A stretch of DNA of 62,947 bases, the filler included, from Octopus bimaculoides (Eukaryota), in the NCBI RefSeq assembly GCF_001194135.2. It is 7 parts of 5 records of this genome, joined end to end, with 100 filler letters (N's around TTAATTAATTAA, not from the genome) between each part and the next. Parts side by side here need not be neighbours in the genome. Positions count along the whole stretch, not along the records: positions 41,435 to 55,752 come from NC_068984.1; positions 55,853 to 58,682 come from NC_068986.1; positions 58,783 to 60,615 come from NW_026375973.1; positions 60,716 to 62,947 come from NC_068983.1; 3 more parts are not named here. The stretch is one strand, 5' to 3'. The notes under the pieces are model-generated. The model ran no database searches, was not told the DNA's origin, and worked only from the letters and a program-made list of their open reading frames with translations. Of the stretch, positions 54,238 through 62,947 are shown in pieces (position 1 is the first letter of the stretch; each line of letters begins with the position of its first letter). The translations under genes were made by a program, and so were the position numbers.

Positions 54238-54473
54238 NNNNNNNNNNNNNNNNNNNNNNNNNNNNNNNNNNNNNNNNNNNNNNNNNNNNNNNNNNNNNNN
54301 NNNNNNNNNNNNNNNNNNNNNNNNNNNNNNNNNNNNNNNNNNNNNNNNNNNNNNNNNNNNNNNNNNNNNNNNNNNNNNNNNNNNNNNNNNNNNNNNNNNN
54401 NNNNNNNNNNNNNNNNNNNNNNNNNNNNNNNNNNNNNNNNNNNNNNNNNNNNNNNNNNNNNNNNNNNNNNNNN

Positions 54474-54660
54474 AAAAATTAAGTAAAAAAAAAACAGAAA
54501 AATAATCCAGAGTCCTTGTCTGGTACCGAATCGATCCCAAAATCCAATCAATTCATGCCCGTCACAAGGCTAAATATCTCTGAAAGTTTCATTCGAATCC
54601 ATCCAGTGGTTCTTGAGATATCTTGTCGATGGACAAACAAAGAAACAAACACGACTGTGT
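54474..54660 (+). mobile_element. Probable non-autonomous interspersed element fragment
   Basis: aagtttcattcgaatccatccagtggttcttgagatat...acaaacaaagaaacaaacacg resembles a widespread metazoan repeat architecture; CpG intact in a depleted region. Single copy in this window. Confidence 0.35.
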
Positions 54661-54893
54661 TTTTTATTTCTTATTTTTTATTTTTCCTTTTTCTCTTTGT
54701 TTTTCTTCCCCTCTTTCTTTATCATATGACATTGTAAATGAACAATCTGGTGTGTCTATTTTAATGGCCCACCAATGTATGTAGTGCATTTCTCTACCCT
54801 AGGTGTCAGGAAGACACTTGGCAAGAAATAGAAACAATTGAAAGATGATAATGAAAATAATGTTAATAATAATAATAATAAGTAGAAAATTAC

Positions 54894-55080
54894 CTGTGGC
54901 TTTACAAACAGCTAGAGCTGCTTCATTAGCACCAGCTAAAATCTGAATTCCAATTGGTTTCTTATTAAATACTTTCTTCACTTCATTCATTACAACAGCC
55001 ATGCTGGCCACAATTTCAGGACCAACATCTTTAGAATGCAAATATGGGATGTCATGCATGTTCTCAAGTATGATACCATC
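54894..55080 (-). CDS. btpA: Internal coding exon of a BtpA/SgcQ-family (TIM-barrel) gene, animal F13E9.13-like
   Basis: Translates without stops as DGIILENMHDIPYLHSKDVGPEIVASMAVVMNEVKKVFNKKPIGIQILAGANEAALAVCKAT+G. The DG(I/V)xxENMHDxPY, GPEIVA and PxGxQILAGANxxALAV motifs are typical of this family. It is flanked by a polypyrimidine acceptor (ttttcttctctctcatcAG) and an AG|GTAATT donor; 187 nt, phase 0 to phase 1. The symbol is family-level only. Confidence 0.9.
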
Positions 55081-55852
55081 CTGATGAGAGAGAAGAAAAG
55101 AAAAATTATTAAATAAATTAATAGCATGACCTAGTGATAAAAAATTCTTTGAACACCAATCATCACAAGGCACAAAAAGACTATACAGTGAAATACTAAA
55201 ATACATATTCCTCTTCAGCAACATTTTGCATATTGTTCTCCTCAAAGAATTTTCTATGTTTACGTATGACACTCATTTATTTATGGATGTGTTTGCTTCA
55301 TCATCATCCTCATCATTGTTTTCACATCCGTTTTTCCATGCTTGCATGGATCAGTCAAAGTTTATTGAGGCAGATCTGCTACAACCAGATGCCCTTTCTG
55401 ATGTCATCCTTCACTTGTTTCCAAACAAGTGGCCAGACATGGCCATGCTTTTGCAGAATAAGGGAAATGAATGACTACTTGCTATAGCAACCAGTCTGCT
55501 TCATGAAGCAAATTAGTTACTACATCAACACCAGTCTGCACATGTCACCTTCTTCCTACCTTTCTCCTACACACAACTGAGCAATGACTTTTCCATCCAA
55601 CACTTTTTCTAAATTCCTAAAGAAGGGTCATAACCCCAAAATATAGAAATACAAGGTAAAACTGCAATTTTACTTTGGTTTGTTTTCCTTTTCCTTTTGT
55701 AATTTACTTTGTAACTTCTCATAGTTCCGACCTTACACAAATCTCTTCAATANNNNNNNNNNNNNNNNNNNNNNNNNNNNNNNNNNNNNNNNNNNNTTAA
55801 TTAATTAANNNNNNNNNNNNNNNNNNNNNNNNNNNNNNNNNNNNNNNNNNNN

Positions 55853-56075
55853 ATAATGGTTTCAAATCTTGACACAAGGCCAGCAATTCTCGGGGGTAGG
55901 GATAAGTCGATTACAGCAACTCCAGTACTCAACTAAGTACTTATTCTATTGACCCCGAAAGGATGAAAGGCAAAGTCGTCCTCAGTGGGTATTTGAACTC
56001 CGAACGTGAAGACGGACGCAATGCCGCTAAGCATTTTGCCCGGCGTGCTAACGATTCTGCCATCTCGCCACTTTA
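55853..56075 (-). mobile_element. Second tRNA-derived SINE family (MetaSINE-like), CpG intact
   Basis: Minus strand GGCGAGATGGCAGAATCGTTAGCACGCCGGGC...GAGTTCAAATACCC...GACTTTGCCTTTCATCCTTTCGGGGTC. Decayed relatives at about 12830-12950, 14640-14770, 19975-20100, 46040-46160, 49130-49340, 50360-50575 and 53470-53700. Confidence 0.75.
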
Positions 56076-56189
56076 CATTATGATAACAATAATCCTTTCT
56101 ACTAGAGGCACAAGGCCTCAAATTTTTTGGGGGAGGGGTCTAATCGATTACATCGACCCCAGTATTTTCACTGATACTTAATTTTCCGA

Positions 56190-56525
56190 CTCCGACTGTG
56201 GCCATGCTGGAGCACCACCTTTTTAGTCGAGCAAATCGACCGTAGCCTAGTACTTATTCTATCTTTCGCCGAACTGCTAAGTTACGGGGACGTAAACATA
56301 CCAGCATCGGTTGTCAAGCGATGCTGAGGCGACAAACACAGACACACAAACATATACACACACATATGCATACATACATATATACGACGGGCTTCTTTCA
56401 GTTTCCGTCCACCAAATCCACTCACAAGGCTTTGGTCAACTCGAGGCTATAGTAGAAGACACTTGCCCAAGGTGCCACGCAGTGGGACTGAACCCGGAAC
56501 CATGTGGTTGGTAAGCAAGCTACAC
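56190..56525 (-). mobile_element. tRNA-derived SINE, same family as 57280-57687
   Basis: Colinear high identity with 57300-57670. Confidence 0.82.
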
Positions 56526-57090
56526 AGTCACTCAATAATAATGCTAACAGTTTAACAGTTGTGTTTTGAGGCTTCTCTTTCTACCAAATTCGTTTCACAT
56601 AAGTGACATTGAGAGCCTAATAAATAAGGTAACACATTTAATATCCTTAATTTATTTTGTTTTAAATTGTCAGTTGTCACGCCAGTTACTAGGGGTAGGA
56701 GGCTAAAAAATAAGTAAATAACTAAATCCCACAGACAACCGAACTTTCACGCACCCTGTTCCTAGTGTTCTCAGTAAAGGCCGTCTGTCGGTTGAGAAGA
56801 CTATCTTTAAAAATAAATAAATAAATAATGAATAGTTATAATAATAATAGCCTCTTCCTCCCATCACTTCTGTATCTCTTCCTCTCCCTTTCTCTTTCTC
56901 TCTCTCTCTCCCTCTTCCTCTCTCCTACAGATAATATGTATATTTGGCCTTTTGACCTTTTCTTAACAACTTGGTCTTTTGACTACGGATGTCAACAGGC
57001 GAGGAGATTGAATGACCTCGTTTACACTGTAGATGGCATGAAATAGGCAGCGGGATAAAAACAGGGAAACAAGAAATTTATAACAATATA

Positions 57091-57139
<49 letters not shown>

Positions 57140-57279
57140 ATCTCCCACTGTCCTTGTCTCTTTCTGTATGGAGGATATAAAGTTTGTTGGGGTTTTTTTT
57201 TTGTTAGAAACACGAGAACTAAATATGTCAATGTTTTAAAATGCTTCTGTCATGTATGTACACACACACACTCTCTCTC

Positions 57280-57503
57280 TTTTACTTGTTTCAGTCATTT
57301 GACTGCGGCCATGCTGGAGCACCGCCTTTAGTCGAGCAAATCGACCCCAGGACTTATATTTTGGAAGCCTTGTACTTATTCAATCGGTCCATTTTGCCGA
57401 ACCGCTAAGTTACGGGGACGTAAACACACCAGCATCGGTTGTTAAGTGATGTTGGGGGGGTACAAACACAGACACACAAACATATACACACACATACACA
57501 CAT

Positions 57504-57536
<33 letters not shown>

Positions 57537-57687
57537 CGACAGGTTTCTTTCAGTTTCCGTCTACCAAATCCACTCACAAGGCTTTGGTTGGCCCGAGGCT
57601 ATAGTAGAAGACACTTGCCCAAGGTGCCACGCAGTGGGACTGAACCCAGAACCTTGTGGCTGGTAAGCAAGCTACTTACCACACAAC
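57280..57687 (-). mobile_element. tRNA-derived SINE, near full length, CpG intact (Nin-domain-like family)
   Basis: Minus-strand head TGTGTGGTAAGTAGCTTGCTTACC...GGTTCTGGGTTCAGTCCC (A/B-box-like), conserved body and central (CA)n. The superfamily name is an inference. Confidence 0.82.
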
Positions 57688-58099
57688 CNNNNNNNNNNNN
57701 NNNNNNNNNNNNNNNNNNNNNNNNNNNNNNNNNNNNNNNNNNNNNNNNNNNNNNNNNNNNNNNNNNNNNNNNNNNNNNNNNNNNNNNNNNNNNNNNNNNN
57801 NNNNNNNNNNNNNNNNNNNNNNNNNNNNNNNNNNNNNNNNNNNNNNNNNNNNNNNNNNNNNNNNNNNNNNNNNNNNNNNNNNNNNNNNNNNNNNNNNNNN
57901 NNNNNNNNNNNNNNNNNNNNNNNNNNNNNAAGACGGGAGGGCCTTCCCGGGCGGCACACTTTCTAGCTACGCTAGTAGACCCCAATACTTACTTTTTAAA
58001 CTAGTACTTATTCTACCCGTCTTTTTTTTTTTTATCAAACGAGGACGTAAACAAAATGGCACCGATTATCAGGCCTGAAGGGCGGGAACAAACAAATAA

Positions 58100-58510
58100 A
58101 CATACGCACAAATACACATACGTAAATACACATACATAAATACATATACATAAATAAACATACATAAACATACATAAACATACATAAACAGATACACATA
58201 CATAATACACATACAAATACACATACAAATACACATACATAAATAAACATACATAAACATACATAAACATAAATAAACATACATAAACATACATAAACAT
58301 ACATAAACATAAATAAACATACATAAACATACATAAACATAAATAAACATACATAAACNNNNNNNNNNATAAACATAAATAAACATACATAAACATACAT
58401 AAACATACATAAACATAAATAAACATACATAAACATACATAAACATAAATAAACATACATAAACATACATAAACATAAATAAACATACATAAACACATAA
58501 TACGTGTACA
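58100..58510. repeat. AC-rich minisatellite built from ACAT/AAAC/ACATAAATAA units
   Basis: Direct tandem periodicity; explains the spurious CLCMFMYVY ORFs. Confidence 0.92.
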
Positions 58511-61500
58511 TATACAAATACAAACACAGACAAACATATATTAATGTTTGTTTTTATGTTAAGTTGCAATAAAAAATTTGCCAGGTTGTGTTTCTTCATG
58601 ATTTGTCTTGACTCTATGTTCGTACTTAGTGCTCATCCGGTATGTGAAAATACCGGGTGCGCTGGTACGACAGCGTTGAACANNNNNNNNNNNNNNNNNN
58701 NNNNNNNNNNNNNNNNNNNNNNNNNNTTAATTAATTAANNNNNNNNNNNNNNNNNNNNNNNNNNNNNNNNNNNNNNNNNNNNACACACACACACACACAC
58801 ACACACTCACACACATATATATATTTATATATATATAAACTCAAGTATATTGTGCTTATAACACCGATATATATTGTAACACAAACATCACGTATTCTTG
58901 CAGCTGCAGATTCGATAAACGAACAAACAGCAACTATCAGAGACTCAAGATGGAAACGTGTTTTGGAGAGAGTAAATAAAACAGAAGTTGTAAGTATCCA
59001 ATATTTATATATTCAAAGCAACAGTGTGCATCAAGCTATGCAGCTTATAACAGAACAGTGTTCTAGTGTCGAAGTCAAATAGAATAAGACAATCAAATAA
59101 CCTAATTATTATATTTATTATGTTTATACGGAATATAAAGAGAACAGGAAACTGCTTTCTAATGCCTCAATTTGCTAGAAATAGCAGTCAAATGTATTTT
59201 AAACTACAGCCTAGTGTGTTACAAAAAAAAATTACACACTGGACAATGCTACCTTAGAGATGAAAAATTTCAGTAGGTCAGGAGAAGAACTCCTTTGAAC
59301 ACGTTTNNNNNNNNNNNNNNNNNNNNNNNNNNNNNNNNNNNNNNNNNNNNNNNNNNNNNNNNNNNNNNNNNNNNNNNNNNNNNNNNNNNNNNNNNNNNNN
59401 NNNNNNNNNNNNNNNNNNNNNNNNNNNNNNNNNNNNNNNNNNNNNNNNNNNNNNNNNNNNNNNNNNNNNNNNNNNNNNNNNNNNNNNNNNNNNNNNNNNN
59501 NNNNNNNNNNNNNNNNNNNNNNNNNNNNNNNNNNNNNNNNNNNNNNNNNNNNNNNNNNNNNNNNNNNNNNNNNNNNNNNNNNNNNNNNNNNNNNNNNNNN
59601 NNNNNNNNNNNNNNNNNNNNNNNNNNNNNNNNNNNNNNNNNNNNNNNNNNNNNNNNNNNNNNNNNNNNNNNNNNNNNNNNNNNNNNNNNNNNNNNNNNNN
59701 NNNNNNNNNNNNNNNNNNNNNNNNNNNNNNNNNNNNNNNNNNNNNNNNNNNNNNNNNNNNNNNNNNNNNNNNNNNNNNNNNNNNNNNNNNNNNNNNNNNN
59801 NNNNNNNNNNNNNNNNNNNNNNNNNNNNNNNNNNNNNNNNNNNNNNNNNNNNNNNNNNNNNNNNNNNNNNNNNNNNNNNNNNNNNNNNNNNNNNNNNNNN
59901 NNNNNNNNNNNNNNNNNNNNNNNNNNNNNNNNNNNNNNNNNNNNNNNNNNNNNNNNNNNNNNNNNNNNNNNNNNNNNNNNNNNNNNNNNNNNNNNNNNNN
60001 NNNNNNNNNNNNNNNNNNNNNNNNNNNNNNNNNNNNNNNNNNNNNNNNNNNNNAACGTTAGACACGACATTGAGATAACGAGAATGCCAGATACAACAAG
60101 CGCACAAATATCATGTTAAAATAAATACAATCCATCCATTGTCAGCTACCTATTTGGTAATCTTTATTTCGACATCTGAATATACATGGACGCATACATA
60201 TATACACACTTCTATGTATATATATATATATATTTTTATATATTTGTGTATGGTAGATGAGTTCAGCAAAAATTTTGATTCAGGTGAAAATGGTACTTAA
60301 TTTTAGGCACCAGAATTTAGTACGGTATTATCCATTCAATTTCAAAGTAAGGTGATTAAAATCAAAATAAGCAACAAGGATATCCAGAGGTAATACAGTA
60401 CGATCGTTTCATGCAACTCCATTTAAGTGAACAATCTAATCAGTACATCAATTTAAAAATGCAGAGCAATCCTCAGCTGCAAAAAGACATGGATTTAATT
60501 CAATTAAAACAGATGGACACATTAGTATAATTATACCTAAAATCTCCAAGAAATTAAGTAGACAGATATTGAACAACTTGCTTTAGCCACACCATGGAAG
60601 ATAATAAATAAAATGNNNNNNNNNNNNNNNNNNNNNNNNNNNNNNNNNNNNNNNNNNNNTTAATTAATTAANNNNNNNNNNNNNNNNNNNNNNNNNNNNN
60701 NNNNNNNNNNNNNNNGAATTTCAGATGTTCAGATAAGAAATTTTCTCTTTTCAACCTCGTTCATCTACTCCTCTATTTCTGCACAGATCAGAAACCCCTT
60801 ATTAGTTCTTTTGGCTAAATTTCAATATGAGTACCATACTTGTCAAATGTATTTGTTTATGTTTCTTAAGAGGATCGTTGCTTTCTGAAGGAATTTTTTG
60901 TTTTTTTTTATAAATGTGGGGTGGGGAGGGGATCTTTTGAAGTCGGCGGGGGAGCGAGGGAGACGAAGGGATTGCGATTGGATCAGGGAGGTTCTTTTGA
61001 AGTTGGCATGCCGTGTGTGTGTGTTTGATGGGGTGTGCAAAACAGAAGGTGTGGTATGTATGTGAAGTTCTTTTGTGTGTGTGAAGAGACAGAGAGAGTA
61101 ATGTTGTTGGTGTGTGTGTGTGTGTGTGTGTGTGTATGAGAGAAAGATGACTGAAATTTTTTTATTCACTTTTTGTAGTGAGTGTGTGAGTGGTTGACAG
61201 AAAAAGAGAGAGAGAGAGTTATGTATGTATGTATAAACATGTATATGAATAAGCATGGATGGATATGTATATGCATAGATGTATATATAGATGTATATAT
61301 GTATGTTTATATATATATCTCGATGTATATAGATGTGTGTATATATAGGTGTGTGTATGCATATATGGTATTTGGATTCTGCCACGGAGGAAGCCGATGT
61401 TCAATTTACGTATTTGCTGACTATACTGTTTTGGTGTCTCTCTTGTTTATAATCAGGTGTAGAATTGGTTGAATGCGGTGTAGAGCATTAAGTTGACAAA

Positions 61501-62094
61501 ACTTTTAGAATGTGTTATAAGTTATTTATTAAAATGGTAACATTTGCTATATCACTGTAGGTAAACAATAATAAATGAAAAAATGTTTACAAGAAACAAA
61601 TTCAGTTGTGGTATTTGTGATGTATAAATTGTTGTTTGTGTATCTATGTGTTTTCGCGTGTTTCAAGAGACAAAGTGTGTGTGTACAAAAGAACCTTACT
61701 TGTATAACAGTTGTTGTAGCAATGCGTGCTCTTGGATTAGTAGTAGTAGTCAGCAGTCAAGGACGTCTTAATTAGACAGATAATCGTTCTTGCGTAGCGT
61801 ATGCGGCCGTGCCACCAACTCACTTCTTTATTTATAATATTTGGTGGTCACAGCGCTGACAAGTCAAGCTATGTCTGGCTGGCGTTCCCTTGATTTATGG
61901 TGTCGAAGGTCAAGTGTTTGGCCATTAATTTTTGCCAAGCATTTTCCTTGACATTTGTTATCTATCGTGAATCCCTTAGTTTTGAATATGTGGTCTTTTG
62001 CTGGGAAAATAAACTTTTGACCATGGGAAACATTTTCCTCTGAGGTCGAGTTGTGAGCTGAGAGATTTGGGTTCAGTTTGGAGTCGAAATCTCT

Positions 62095-62142
<48 letters not shown>

Positions 62143-62241
62143 TTCAATATTAACAGTTTTGTATTAGAAAACTAATAGAATTTATACAGGACTGTAATAA
62201 GAAGTGCTCAAACTAGTTGAGACAGAAGTACAAAATTAATT

Positions 62242-62932
62242 GCAGAATAAAACCATTAGGTCATCGACTCAAAAAGCCACAACCTACCAATGACCGCATA
62301 TAGGAAGTACAGCATAAACCACAAAACCAAAGTAGCAAAGGGCAGGAAAAATTTTATACATAAGAATAAAATCGATTAAAAAATATAATAGAATAACATA
62401 AATAAATAAACTGCGATTAAAAGGTGATTAAAAATATTATAGAGCGGTATAATATATAGTGGAATAAAAATATATATATATATAGAAAAAATAATATAGA
62501 AAAAACAATAAAATAAAAAAAATACATAGGGAAACGTAGTAAAATAGTTCATTCGTTGAGATTAAAGGCTAATAAAAAAAGTTTAAGTTTAAATTGTACA
62601 ATAGTTCATTACTTCCCTCAGGACAGCAAATTTAGCAGGTAAAATCCAATTTCGTAATTCATACACAGGAATACCGAAGTACACGGGACGACATAATAAC
62701 ACAACATCCAATGTGTAACAAGGTAAAATCCATATTTCACCACGAAAATCAAGGCACACAAATCGATACAATAAACCAACATCCAGCAGGTAACATCGGT
62801 AAAATCAATCCATAATTTAACATCATTTACAAAGGATAACAAATATAGGTCAGTGGTTTATGCTGTACTTCCTATATGTGGTCATTGGTTGGTTGTGGCT
62901 TTTTGAGTCGATGACCTAATGGTTTTTTCTGC
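62242..62932. mobile_element. Non-autonomous TIR element with about 81-bp inverted termini
   Basis: 62242-62322 is the reverse complement of 62853-62932 with two substitutions and one indel. No clear target duplication. Confidence 0.65.
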
Positions 62933-62947
62933 CATATATATATATAT

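Noticed and set aside
54799-55272. 157-aa ORF as a complete BtpA gene
   Set aside because: Only 54894-55080 is family-like; the flanks are intronic read-through beyond clear splice sites.
56931-57046. Plus-strand exon after a strong polypyrimidine acceptor
   Set aside because: The tract is a CT microsatellite, the peptide is unrecognised and there is no good donor.
58013-58599. Cys/Met/Tyr-rich repetitive ORFs
   Set aside because: Translations of an AC-rich minisatellite with no coding signals.
61864-62103. 79-aa minus-strand ORF
   Set aside because: Starts in a microsatellite and has no recognisable motif or splice support.

Overview
AT-rich eukaryotic draft-scaffold sequence, gappy and dense in microsatellites. 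The repeat families (RTE LINEs, tRNA-derived SINEs, TTAA MITEs) look like those of an octopus genome; the taxon is an inference. There is no prokaryotic-style gene content, and most of the ORF track is microsatellite or N-gap noise. One host coding exon is well supported: a 187-nt minus-strand exon (54894-55080) of a BtpA/SgcQ-family gene, whose other exons I could not find. The rest is transposon-derived: degenerate RTE LINE pieces, the 3' end of an RLE-type LINE, a decayed mariner, many SINEs, piggyBac-like TTAA MITEs, a TA-flanked MITE with inverted telomere-like repeats, a Helitron-like insertion and several long hairpins. By eye, about 12.3-55.75 kb is CpG-depleted relative to both flanks. 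Coordinates of degenerate repeats are approximate. I do not see a clearly novel multi-gene system; the best leads are the orphan BtpA exon, the telomere-repeat MITE, the hairpins and the CpG domain.
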